Positions 29,681 through 38,686 of a DNA stretch of 64,000 nt are shown piece after piece. The translations under genes were made by a program, and so were the position numbers. Location: positions 1 through 64,000 of the forward strand of contig CAZVGK010000017.1 in NCBI GenBank assembly GCA_964626665.1. Direction: 5' to 3'. The notes below the pieces were generated by a model. It searched no databases and had not been told where the DNA came from. It saw nothing but the letters and a program-made list of their open reading frames with translations. Every line of letters starts with the position of its first letter. Position 1 is the stretch's first letter. The stretch comes from an uncultured Gemmatimonadota bacterium (GTDB lineage Bacteria > SM23-81 > DAOVCL01).

Positions 29681-30115
29681 GTGGATGTGAGCATTACACC
29701 AGATTTTATCCATATTGAAGTCAAAAAACAGAGTTACGAGATTTCGCTCCATGCAGATGATGAAAGAGTTGCCGAGGCTTTAACTATCTCTCAACTGGAG
29801 TTTGCCCTATTGAATTGCGAAATTATAGAACAATACTCCAATGATCCACGAGGAGAAAGTTGCTTGGCGATGGGCCTCACACCTGAAAAGACACCGGTTC
29901 ACATTCATCCTATGTGGAAATCCCTTCGGACTTTCGCTTCTCATCTGGCGAGAAAATATGGTGATTGTTTCTACTTATGCCTCATGAAGTCAGGCGGCGA
30001 GGCCGTTTACTTAGCTTTGAAGATGCCCTTATGGGCGTCTGTACCCAATCTTAAGAGCGGGAACCTGTCTTGCATTTTCAAAAGGGCCGAAACCACTAGA
30101 GGTCTCTTCCTATAG
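29681..30115 (+). CDS. DUF4258-like protein, probably truncated or chimeric after ...TPVHI
   Basis: SLHADDE...EIIEQYSNDPRGESCL..G.....PVHI signature; the remainder does not resemble the family and no partner gene follows. Confidence 0.6.
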   Translation: MDVSITPDFIHIEVKKQSYEISLHADDERVAEALTISQLEFALLNCEIIEQYSNDPRGESCLAMGLTPEKTPVHIHPMWKSLRTFASHLARKYGDCFYLCLMKSGGEAVYLALKMPLWASVPNLKSGNLSCIFKRAETTRGLFL

Positions 30116-30162
30116 ATTCATTCTCGTCCTGTTAGTTGTCGGTAAGATTAAGGGGGACAGTG

Positions 30163-30585
30163 ATGAAAGTCGCCTCAATTATGGCCGAGAGAGTCCTTAA
30201 GGTAAGAATGGATGATTCTATCGGAACAATCCGCAATATCTTGGAGCACGTTGAGTTTCACCATCTTTTGGTGGTGAAAGGCCGAGAATTGGTTGGTATC
30301 CTATCGGATCGCGATGTTTTAAGGGCGATCAGTCCGTTTCTGGGCACGCTCTCCGAGGAGCAACGTGACATGAGCATTCTGAACAGGAAAGTGCATCAGA
30401 TTATGACTCGGAACCCGATCACCGTAGACAAAGATACCAGCATAGAAACCGCCGCGAGCCTACTGTTAGAGAATAACATATCATGCCTCCCGGTGGTCTC
30501 ACCTGAGGGTTGGATCGAGGGAATCGTGACATGGAAAGACATTCTCAGGTCCTACGTGGGGGAAAATAAAACATTACCTGACTAA
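30163..30585 (+). CDS. CBS-domain pair protein
   Basis: MKVASIM...HHLLVV...GILSDRD; QIMTRNPITV...ISCLPVV...GIVTWKDIL. Confidence 0.88.
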   Translation: MKVASIMAERVLKVRMDDSIGTIRNILEHVEFHHLLVVKGRELVGILSDRDVLRAISPFLGTLSEEQRDMSILNRKVHQIMTRNPITVDKDTSIETAASLLLENNISCLPVVSPEGWIEGIVTWKDILRSYVGENKTLPD

Positions 30586-30647
30586 AATAGCTGACAGAAG
30601 AGAGAGACCTTTAAGAGAATGAAAATCTTTCGAGCCATAGCCAAGAT

Positions 30648-31301
30648 TTGAAAGAGAAGAAAACAAGAGAAAAACCCTCATGGGCCACAATAATAATTTC
30701 GCTCTTTGCAGTTGGCCTTTCATGTTACGCAACATACATCGCATCACAAGCGAGAAAGGATGCTCGAGCCGTCGCGCACCTCGATTTCCGTCCCCTGTTG
30801 CGTATTACGACACAACTTCAAGAGAGCAAAGGCGCTCCCCCACATTTGACTATTTGGAACATGGGGCCGGTCGATGCGATTCAACTGGAAGTCCAACTTT
30901 TCGCTCTTATTTTCTCTCCCGGACGTCAGAAAATCAGGACTATCGTGACCGGATCAACCGAGGAAAAGAGAATAGAGAAACTATCCACCTGGAATCGTGT
31001 ATCAGTATCACTCCCTGACCACTGGCTAAATGTCCAGGCTCGGACCGCAAAGCCAATGGAAAACAACGTCATGGAAATCCGGCTGATCTATCGGCGCGAG
31101 GCTGACCTAAGACAATTTGTTGAACGCGCTTTCTACTTCGTAAACCCAGAAGGCCAGTGGGTATCCGAAAACGATGGCTCTCTTTCCAAGGAAGTTTACA
31201 GTCCCATAATAAAAGCCGCGAACCAGACTCCTGCTGTTGGGCTCTTGTGGCCATTGTTCGATCCACTTCATCCCGCTGAGGATGTGATGGACAATTTTTA
31301 G
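30648..31301 (+). CDS. Hypothetical protein with N-terminal membrane anchor
   Basis: TIIISLFAVGLSCYATYIA followed by RP.L...N.G...A pattern. Confidence 0.6.
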   Translation: MKEKKTREKPSWATIIISLFAVGLSCYATYIASQARKDARAVAHLDFRPLLRITTQLQESKGAPPHLTIWNMGPVDAIQLEVQLFALIFSPGRQKIRTIVTGSTEEKRIEKLSTWNRVSVSLPDHWLNVQARTAKPMENNVMEIRLIYRREADLRQFVERAFYFVNPEGQWVSENDGSLSKEVYSPIIKAANQTPAVGLLWPLFDPLHPAEDVMDNF

Positions 31302-31320
31302 TAAACCTGAGGATATAACC

Positions 31321-31518
31321 AAGAAGTTCAAGCTCCTCATCGCCATGGCCTTAGATGCATCTCACGGAGCTATTCAGGGGGTGAAGGCATTGGCTCAGTT
31401 AGCAATGCAAGCTGGGGCCACGAAAGAGGAGATCGCCGAGGCATTGAGAGTTGTCCAATACATCAGTGGGGTAGGCAGCGTTTACACAGCCGCGCATGCT
31501 TTTGAGGAGTTATTCTAA
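31321..31518 (+). pseudogene. 5'-truncated carboxymuconolactone decarboxylase (CMD/AhpD)-family fragment
   Basis: KKFKLLIAMALDASHG...AMQAGATKEEIAEALRV; no in-frame start after the TGA at 31285. Confidence 0.7.
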
Positions 31519-31835
31519 TTTGAGTTAAGAGAATGTCCTTCTATTCATTTATTTGACCCCTAGATTTCCGCTTTGATATTTGTTATTACTACTGGCAGCC
31601 CTTAGCAAACCACTTCTCAATTTGAACCTGGTTGAAAAGCTGGTTTGTTGGGAAGGATAAAAGCCTTGGGTTTTTGGGGTTGGCTGATTTTGCTTGACAG
31701 GGGAAAAAAAGTTTATAGATTGGTTTGTGAAGTGTTGCCTTATGGAACTTATATGGAACAAGATAACCCGTGATTGGTTTAAATAAGGATGAGTAAACGA
31801 ACTCTGGAGATTCGAGACATGGCTGGGAGTAAAAT

Positions 31836-32624
31836 TTGCCGTTCCCCGAAGTAGAAAGAGTAATCTACAAAAGAAATCCTCTCGACCGAGTGATTTGTCA
31901 GTTGAGGTTTCCTCCTATTCTGAAAATAGATGCTGAAGTACCATCTGAATTTCAGAATAGAGTGCGAAAGGATTACCCAGGCTTCTCAGAGAAATGGAAG
32001 GGGGAGGTTCCTTGGGAGGTGAAAGGGCAAATCCCACCTGAGGTATCAAGTCAAATACTACAATCTTCTGGGAACAAGAACTACGAGTTCTCTTCGGATG
32101 ACGGCCAATGGAAGGTAAACTTAACACGCACTTTTATTGCTTTAAGTGCAAACAAATACAAAAGGTGGGAAGGATTCAAAGATAGACTATCTGGCCCTTT
32201 GAGTGCTCTAATTGATGTTTATTCCCCCGCACATTTCTCAAGAATCGGGTTAAGGTATATAGATGTAATAAGGCGGTCAGTATTAAACTTAGGTGATGTT
32301 GGCTGGAGTGAGTTACTTCAACCATACATATTAGGAATACTAGGTACACCAGAGGTGGGTAAGCATGTTCAGGCTTTCGAAAACGCACATGAAGTTCGTC
32401 TGTCGGATGGAGAAAGTATGGCTAGACTAATAACAAGGTTCGTAGAGCACACTGGTGATGGGGAAATATGCTATATGATTGATAGCGATTTCTACAACAC
32501 TAGCAAGACGGGTATCGATGCCACGATAGAAAAACTCGATTATTTCAACAAACGTGCATCTAGACTCATTCAATGGTGCATAACTAATCGCTTACATCAA
32601 GCCATGGAGCCTCAGATACTATGA
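31836..32624 (+). CDS. TIGR04255 family protein
   Basis: YKRNPL..VICQLRFP, Y..WE.F, RIGLRYID, YMIDSD. Confidence 0.85.
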   Translation: MPFPEVERVIYKRNPLDRVICQLRFPPILKIDAEVPSEFQNRVRKDYPGFSEKWKGEVPWEVKGQIPPEVSSQILQSSGNKNYEFSSDDGQWKVNLTRTFIALSANKYKRWEGFKDRLSGPLSALIDVYSPAHFSRIGLRYIDVIRRSVLNLGDVGWSELLQPYILGILGTPEVGKHVQAFENAHEVRLSDGESMARLITRFVEHTGDGEICYMIDSDFYNTSKTGIDATIEKLDYFNKRASRLIQWCITNRLHQAMEPQIL

Positions 32625-33235
32625 TAGACCATTATCAGGAAACCAATTCTGTAGTATTTGCGTTGCCTCATGAGTTTAGGACTTGTTCGAAGATAGCTGC
32701 GAGTTCTGGGCCATGTATTCCCAGTAAAGAGTACGAAGTTAAAACCAAGCAACTCAGTGCGCGCCCTTTCTTTATTGAGCAACTCGATGCACATCCCCTT
32801 TTTACTGAGCCCTCAAATGAAACAATTGGTGGAAGCTTCAAAGCACGCTTCTTGCTACTACCAGAGTATTCAAGTTTAGTAGGATGCGCATTGGATACTA
32901 TCCACCAAACGGAGAATCAGTATGTCGCCAAAGAGGCTAGAAAATTATTATCAATTATCCAGGGGGCGATTGCGTCCTTTAAACAATTCGGGGTTGATCT
33001 AGACTACCTTCCCCCATTGCAAGCCTTCAATGTTGATGATGGATCTGTCTTAATTGAATGGATATTTAGTAACTTTAGGATCGGATTCAATATTGAGCCA
33101 AACTCAGAAGATTCAGGTTGGTATTTGGTTTCAAACGAGAACTTGGGGGAAATCAGTGCGTCTGGATATACTTCAAGTATAGACATTACGCTGATAGTTT
33201 TCTGGCTTTTGAATTTTGCTCTCTCAAATTCCTGA
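32621..33235 (+). CDS. Hypothetical protein (middle gene of TIGR04255 module)
   Basis: ATGA overlap with upstream gene; DDGSVLIEW motif in C-terminal domain. Confidence 0.65.
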   Translation: MIDHYQETNSVVFALPHEFRTCSKIAASSGPCIPSKEYEVKTKQLSARPFFIEQLDAHPLFTEPSNETIGGSFKARFLLLPEYSSLVGCALDTIHQTENQYVAKEARKLLSIIQGAIASFKQFGVDLDYLPPLQAFNVDDGSVLIEWIFSNFRIGFNIEPNSEDSGWYLVSNENLGEISASGYTSSIDITLIVFWLLNFALSNS

Positions 33236-33237
33236 AT

Positions 33238-33660
33238 ATGAGCTTCCCAGATAATAGCATAAGAGGGATTCCAGATAAATCCTTTATGACTAATGATTCA
33301 TTCGGTTCCCATCTCTTCTATTTCAAAAAAGAACATACTAGAGATGATGGATGGATAGAACAATCAATCAACTGGGAAGATGATGACTCTGCAATTGAGT
33401 TTACCCTCAACCAGAGAAAAGAGAATGGACAAAAACAGTTTAAGGTAGGAGTTTTAATAATCCCTCGTGATGAAATAGATAGGCTTAAAAGACGCCCCAC
33501 TGTCAGCGGTATACTTTCGTATGAGAGGCAATACTTGGAGAATAATCCCTACCATGGGAATATCTTGCTTCAGTCGAACGTCCCAAAACCCATTATGAAA
33601 AGGATGGCAGCGGGTCTAGCATTAGCTGTGTCTATATTTATTCCCCAGCATCAGAACTAA
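33238..33660 (+). CDS. Hypothetical protein with possible ADP-ribosyltransferase-like fold
   Basis: ATG 2 nt after the previous stop; IRG, SINW and NPYHGNI spaced like R-S-(NPxH) motifs. Confidence 0.6.
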   Translation: MSFPDNSIRGIPDKSFMTNDSFGSHLFYFKKEHTRDDGWIEQSINWEDDDSAIEFTLNQRKENGQKQFKVGVLIIPRDEIDRLKRRPTVSGILSYERQYLENNPYHGNILLQSNVPKPIMKRMAAGLALAVSIFIPQHQN

Positions 33661-33890
33661 AAACGTCTACCCAAGATAAAACAGGCAATTACCTCAACTG
33701 CTAGTAAGAGATAGTACAAAGAACGGTTAAAGTCATTGTGTAGGGCACAAGCTAACCTCTCGCTAACCCAAGGCGTAAGAACTTCCCACTTTGGACGATG
33801 TGGGAAGTTTTTTGTTGACAGACCCCCAGAAGGAGGCATATTTTAGGGGTAATGGGAAACCTATTTCACGCTTAAAAGTAAATAGGAACT

Positions 33891-34281
33891 ATGGCTAAAC
33901 AGCAACTTAAAGATTCAGAATATCATCTATCCAGCAGAGGAGATCAAAAAGATAATCAACACCACCATCCATTTCAGGGACAGGTGTATTTTAAAGACCT
34001 TTGCCCAGACAGCAATGAGACGGTTTAAGTCGGCCAATTTGGATGTGAGAGATATTGACTTTGAACGAAGGCTTATAGATATTCGGGAAGGGAAAGGAGG
34101 GAAGGCGCAAACGATTCCGGCAACAGAAGATCTTTTAGGAGACCTAAAGCATCTCTTAGGCAAACATAGGAAGGAAGCAGTGTTTACTAACCCCAGTGGT
34201 GACAAGCTCACCGTCAGGCAGATCAACAACATTATAGCAAGACCAGGACAGCGAGCAGGTATCCAGAACCCAAATCCTTAA
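33891..34281 (+). pseudogene. Tyrosine recombinase pseudogene (frameshifted and C-terminally truncated)
   Basis: MAKQQLKDSEYHL, frameshift, then EEIKKII...RDR.IL..FAQTAMRR..L.V.DIDF...EGKGGK; lacks HxxR and the catalytic Tyr. Confidence 0.8.
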
Positions 34282-34294
34282 GTTCAAGGGGTTA

Positions 34295-34559
34295 GGGGTC
34301 ACATCTTTATTCTCGACTTTCCGATTTTTGCCTTAAACAACGCCAAGCGTTAACGCGAGGAGGTATCTCCCAATAATGTAAGCTCAGAGTCTACACTGTT
34401 ATTGGGTTGTAAGGGAACTTGGTGTTGAGTGCAACAGCTTTTGCTAAGAGGCTGAGTTTTTCAGCCCCTGGTAAGCATCTCCGTGAAGAGGAGGAAGAAA
34501 ATAGCCAAAGAAAAAGGAAACGTTAGGAAAAGAGTTTTTTATAATTTTATGGGCGCCCC
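34295..34559 (+). mobile_element. Hybrid element: GGGGTCACATCTTTA left end plus family A body and right end
   Basis: GGGAACTTGGTGTTGAGTGCAACAGC...TAATTTTATGGGCGCCCC. Confidence 0.72.
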
Positions 34560-34576
34560 TATTTTTCACGATGAGG

Positions 34577-34705
34577 GGTTATGCAGATCATATGCGATTC
34601 GATTATCGCAAGGCACAAAGGCATCTGAAGCGATTTGTGGAGTTTGGCCTGCTTGAGATGGTTGGCGCTGGCCCGGCCACGAAATACAGGATCTTGAGGC
34701 AGTGA
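34577..34705 (+). pseudogene. 5'-truncated winged-helix C-terminal fragment
   Basis: YADHMRFDYRKAQRHLKRFVEFGLLEMVGAGPATKY; lies between two family A elements. Confidence 0.5.
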
Positions 34706-34754
34706 TCACGACAAAAATCCCGACAAAATGTCGTGATCAAAGGAACATAAAGAC

Positions 34755-35032
34755 GGGCATAAAATTATAAATTGAAGGAGAGAAATCTTTTTGGGCTTCA
34801 TGCCGTGCGAAGTATGCATTGACATGGTGAAGTCCCCCAAAATGGTGCCAGCCTGCAGTGGATTTTGCTATTGCGCGGTGAGGGAACTTGGTGTTGAGTT
34901 GCAACAGCTCTTGCTAAGAAGTTGGGGTTCCCAGCTTGCAGGGAGCATCTATGTGAAGAGAGGGGAGAAAATAGCCAAAGAAAAAGGATTTGAAGTATTA
35001 GAAAGGTAGTTTTTTCAATTTTATGGACATCC
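34755..35032 (+). mobile_element. Family A miniature element
   Basis: GGGCATAAAATTATAAATTGA...AATTTTATGGACATCC; encodes MPCEVCID joined to SPKMVPACSGFCYCAVRELG...VKRGEKIAKEKG. Confidence 0.82.
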
Positions 35033-35067
35033 GTCCCCCTTATCGTCCTAAAAGAGGAGGTGGTTAA

Positions 35068-35289
35068 ATGCATAAGATAACTGCATATATTGAAAAGGAC
35101 CCAGAAACAGGGTTGTATGTGGCTGTTGTCCCAGGGATTCCTGGCGTCCATACTCAAGCAGAGACTTTGGATGAACTGCAAAAGAATCTTAAAGAAGTGG
35201 TTGAATTATGCTTAGAAGAAATGGACCCTGAGACTAAGAAGCAATTACCTGATTTTGTGGGTATCCAGCAGGTTGAGGTGGCAAGTTGA
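35068..35289 (+). CDS. hicB: HicB family antitoxin (short form)
   Basis: YVAVVPGIPGVHTQAETLDEL..NLKEVVELCLE. Confidence 0.88.
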   Translation: MHKITAYIEKDPETGLYVAVVPGIPGVHTQAETLDELQKNLKEVVELCLEEMDPETKKQLPDFVGIQQVEVAS

Positions 35290-35519
35290 GCCGAATTCAA
35301 ATTATAGATACTAAGGAAATGGAGAAACTACTGTTTCTGTTGGGGTTTAAGAAAATCCGCCAGAAAGGGAACCACGCTTTTTACAGGCATCCCGATGGAA
35401 GAATTACTACTCTTCCTCACCATAGAGGGAGAGTCTTGGCGCGTCCTTTAATAAGAGAAATCCTAAGAGAGATAGAAATTAGTGTTGATGACTACAATCT
35501 ATACTTGAAGAAGATATAG
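35286..35519 (+). CDS. hicA: HicA family mRNA interferase toxin
   Basis: LGF...RQKGNH..YRHPDGR.TTLPHH...L.R.IL; overlaps hicB. Confidence 0.88.
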   Translation: MSRIQIIDTKEMEKLLFLLGFKKIRQKGNHAFYRHPDGRITTLPHHRGRVLARPLIREILREIEISVDDYNLYLKKI

Positions 35520-35600
35520 ATGTAACTTCCGATAACACAGCATAAAAGGTTCGTACCTTACGGCACTCACCCAAACCCAGTGAAAATAACCAAAAAATCT

Positions 35601-35818
35601 GAGGTCAAATCTTTAAATACTAAATTAAAGGGCATCGCTTTCAGGGAACACTGAGTATCAAGCCTAAATTGCTAATTAGTGTCTGTCCGAATTCGCCATT
35701 CCCGCACGCCGTTAGCGGGAATCCATTACTGGCCTTAAGTAGATTCCGGCTTAAAGATTGCCGGAATGACAAGAAATATGGATGTTTCCGGACAGACACT
35801 AATTAAAGGTTTGACCCT
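35601..35818. mobile_element. Family C element (GAGGTCAAATCTTTAA...TTAAAGGTTTGACCCTC) with a nested MITE
   Basis: Imperfect terminal inverted repeats; related single ends at 34295 and 56370-56396. Confidence 0.65.
35679..35799. mobile_element. ~120 bp GTGTCTGTCCG MITE (copy 2, inverted)
   Basis: Perfect 11-bp terminal inverted repeats; TAATTA on both sides. Confidence 0.82.
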
Positions 35819-35891
35819 CTCAGGTTGTTCTCTAACTTGTTGATTCATGTTGGTTTAAACATCCCGCTCTAATAAAAAATTCAAAAATCAC

Positions 35892-35939
35892 TGGACAAAA
35901 GCGTCTACATTTATCATAATGTGTATACAGTTTTGTCCA
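35892..35939 (+). promoter_or_regulatory. abiEi promoter with overlapping inverted-repeat operator
   Basis: TGGACA-N17-CATAAT inside TGGACAAAA...TTTTGTCCA. Confidence 0.6.
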
Positions 35940-35950
35940 ATGAGGTTTTT

Positions 35951-36553
35951 ATGAATAAAAAAGTTGAGATGATATACAAAGTGTTTAGGAAATATGGTTG
36001 TTTTGCCAGAACAAGAGATATTCTGGCAGTCGGAATTCATCGCCGTGATATAAAAAGAATAAGGGACAAGGGAAGGATAATACGGGTAAAAAGAGGGTTT
36101 TATCGTCTCTCAGAGATTCCCGTTATTTCCAATCAAGGGTTTATTGACCTTGCCTGTGCTGTGCCTGAAGGAGTTATCTGTCTGCTCTCGGCTCTCTCTT
36201 ATCATGAGCTTACTACTTTCAATCCCTCAATCATATCGATGGCCCTCTGCAGGGGGACAAGGCGGCCTAAAATTGAATATCCACCTGTTCAGTTCTATCA
36301 TTTTTCTACCAAGCAATTTGAGGCAGGAATTGATGAGATAGAAATCAAAGGTCATAGGGTTCGTATCTACTCTCCAGAGAAAACTATTTGTGACTGTTTT
36401 CGATATCGTAACAAACTGGGGCTTGATATAGCTAAGGAAGGTCTATCTGAATATCTTAAGCGCAAGGATCGCAATCTGGAGAAACTGCTTGAATATGCTG
36501 AAATTTGCAGAGTGAAGAGACTTCTTGAGACCTGGATTAATGCTATGATTTAG
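35951..36553 (+). CDS. Type IV toxin-antitoxin AbiEi family antitoxin (orphan)
   Basis: N-terminal wHTH RVKRGFYRL, GVICLLSALSYHELT, YSPEKTICDCFRYRNKLG. Confidence 0.85.
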   Translation: MNKKVEMIYKVFRKYGCFARTRDILAVGIHRRDIKRIRDKGRIIRVKRGFYRLSEIPVISNQGFIDLACAVPEGVICLLSALSYHELTTFNPSIISMALCRGTRRPKIEYPPVQFYHFSTKQFEAGIDEIEIKGHRVRIYSPEKTICDCFRYRNKLGLDIAKEGLSEYLKRKDRNLEKLLEYAEICRVKRLLETWINAMI

Positions 36554-36575
36554 GAACAAAATAGTAGAGTGTGAA

Positions 36576-36873
36576 GGGGGCAACCCTCAGAAATAGACAT
36601 TGACCGTGATCGTATGTCTCCTCCAGTGTCTCGAAGGTGCTGTGGAAAGATTCGGCCTGCTGGTCAGGCTTTCTGCTTAAGGCCCAATCATTATCATATG
36701 AGGAGTTGCTGAGTAGGTGTAAGGATGCCCCAGCCACTTCAGTTGGGGGGAGGAACTGGGGGAACAAATGTGAGCTATGTAGCACAAAAGGTGAAAGAGC
36801 GTCTCAGTTGGGATGGCAGTTCAGGGAATTGGTTAAGAAGTGGATAAGAATCTATTATCTGAGGGCTGAACCT
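36576..36873 (+). mobile_element. Family B miniature element (degenerate)
   Basis: GGGGGCAACCCTCAGAAATAGA...ATCTATTATCTGAGGGCTGAACC; body shared with 42561-42897. Confidence 0.78.
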
Positions 36874-36942
36874 AATTCCCCTGACTTTCCTGTTTCACGT
36901 CTTTCGTCTTGTTAACTAACCTCATAGAAATATTCTCAAATC

Positions 36943-38673
36943 ATGGAACGAAACAACAAACCAATGCTTCCAAAAGAGCTTAGGTGTCCAAATTGTGGAG
37001 TTGAATTGGAATTGGAACACCGGGAAAGGGTAGAAAGAAGATTTGTTTGCCCGTCTTGTCAAAGTGAAATTGATTTGAGAGAAGAATTATTAGAAGAAGA
37101 AACTGATATCCGTCGTCAACCGGACGTTTTTACTCAGTTACAAAAAGCAATCTCTTCTATATTTTTGTCAGTCCAACCGTTAGAAAGGAAAATCCTCATC
37201 ACATTAGCAGGTATAGTGATTTATAGGTTAGGGTTCTATATCCCTGCACCAGGAATAAATACAGGTTTATTTAACGATTTTTTCTATAATACTACTAGCG
37301 CTTTATTGACCCATTCGATTTTCTCCTTAGGAATTAGGCCGTATATAATTGCCTCTATTTTGGTCATTCCGTTAGGCGGGGTTATCCCATGCCTAAAACG
37401 CCTTCGTGACGGGCCTGTTGAACAGCGCTATCAATTCGATATGATAGTTTATATTGCCACTATCATCATAAGTGTACTTCAAGCCGAGAGAGCAGCGGAG
37501 GTTCTGAGTAGCATAGATATCCTCGGCCGCCCTCTTATAAATTCTGGGTGGGGTTCCCACCTGATATATGTTCTTTCCCTAACCTCAAGCACAATGCTAT
37601 TGGTGTGGATTGCAGATCAAATCACTAAAAGAGGCATCGTGAATGGCGTAGTGCTTTTTTTCCTAATCGATATTCTTGCTCAAGTGATACCTTCAATTAT
37701 AAGGATTATAAGACGATTGAGCGTACCTACTGAAGGGGTTGATCCACTAATGAAAGGCATATTGTTACTTATAGTATATATCGCATTGATAGGGTTTTCG
37801 ATCGTCATAGTAAAGGCCAAAAGAAACATTCCACTCAAGCGGATCAGTCGGAGAGTAAAAAATGAAAAAAGCAGGGATACCGCACTTCCTATTCGGATAA
37901 ACAAAGTTGGAATCTTCCCCATTGAAATTGGGCAGAAGATCTTGTTTATACCAACTTTCTTAATCATTGCCTTCCCTAAAGGCATTTCCCCAGGATGGCA
38001 GGGCAACTTGTTAGATCCTAAGAATTGGCCTTACTGGCTGGGCTATGGAATTTCAATAAGTTTGTTAACTTATCTGTATTCTGTAATGAGCTATGATTCA
38101 AAAGGATTAGCAAATAAAATTGAGAGATATAGGTTTAAGATTGTTGAGGGAGATTTAATTGGAGATGTAGCTAAGTATCTTCATAAAATAGTAGAAACGA
38201 CTATTATACCGGGTGCCATCTTTCTATGTGGCATTGCTATAATTCCGTTTGTAATAAGTGTTTGGTTTGATGTAGGTTTAAACAGTTTTTTGGGGTATTT
38301 TCAACTTTTTGTTATTGCTTCCTGTATCGACATTTACCGCCAATTTCGATGGGATTTTGAAATAACTAAGGGAGTTAAAAACAACAAAAACTTGGGAAAT
38401 GTCGAATGGGTCCCTGTATTCACTGGACAAACGGTTATTGAAGGTGAAATGGTGCGGGAAATCCTTTATGAGTCTGGGATCGGATCATTTATATCCTCAA
38501 ATCAAGTGATTAGTGCATTAGGTACCCTCGCGTTCTGGGGAACCAGGCATCCTACTTATCCAACTCTCAAAAGCTATCAAAGGTTATTGGGACAAGAGCT
38601 AATGGAAGTCTTAGTTCCTTTGAATCGTGTGGAAGAAGCTGAGGAAATTTTAAAATCTAGGGGAATAGTTTAA
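36943..38673 (+). CDS. Divergent SecY homolog fused to an N-terminal Zn ribbon and a C-terminal DUF2007-like domain
   Basis: CPNC/CPSC; KILITL...YRLG..IP.PGIN, SIFSLGI.PYI.ASI, VWIADQITKRGIVNG, LPIRIN..GIFP; C-terminal VF......E.EM...L...GI...EVLVP....EEA.EIL. Confidence 0.8.
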   Translation: MERNNKPMLPKELRCPNCGVELELEHRERVERRFVCPSCQSEIDLREELLEEETDIRRQPDVFTQLQKAISSIFLSVQPLERKILITLAGIVIYRLGFYIPAPGINTGLFNDFFYNTTSALLTHSIFSLGIRPYIIASILVIPLGGVIPCLKRLRDGPVEQRYQFDMIVYIATIIISVLQAERAAEVLSSIDILGRPLINSGWGSHLIYVLSLTSSTMLLVWIADQITKRGIVNGVVLFFLIDILAQVIPSIIRIIRRLSVPTEGVDPLMKGILLLIVYIALIGFSIVIVKAKRNIPLKRISRRVKNEKSRDTALPIRINKVGIFPIEIGQKILFIPTFLIIAFPKGISPGWQGNLLDPKNWPYWLGYGISISLLTYLYSVMSYDSKGLANKIERYRFKIVEGDLIGDVAKYLHKIVETTIIPGAIFLCGIAIIPFVISVWFDVGLNSFLGYFQLFVIASCIDIYRQFRWDFEITKGVKNNKNLGNVEWVPVFTGQTVIEGEMVREILYESGIGSFISSNQVISALGTLAFWGTRHPTYPTLKSYQRLLGQELMEVLVPLNRVEEAEEILKSRGIV

Positions 38674-38686
38674 ATATAAAGACATC

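Noticed and set aside
33891-34281. Integron integrase intI
   Set aside because: The fragment lacks the N-terminal domain and ends before the region carrying the IntI-specific insertion; it is mid-array and co-oriented, so it cannot be called intI.
36943-38673. Housekeeping secY or accessory secY2
   Set aside because: No ribosomal-protein or secA2/asp neighbours; extra domains and missing conserved loop motifs.
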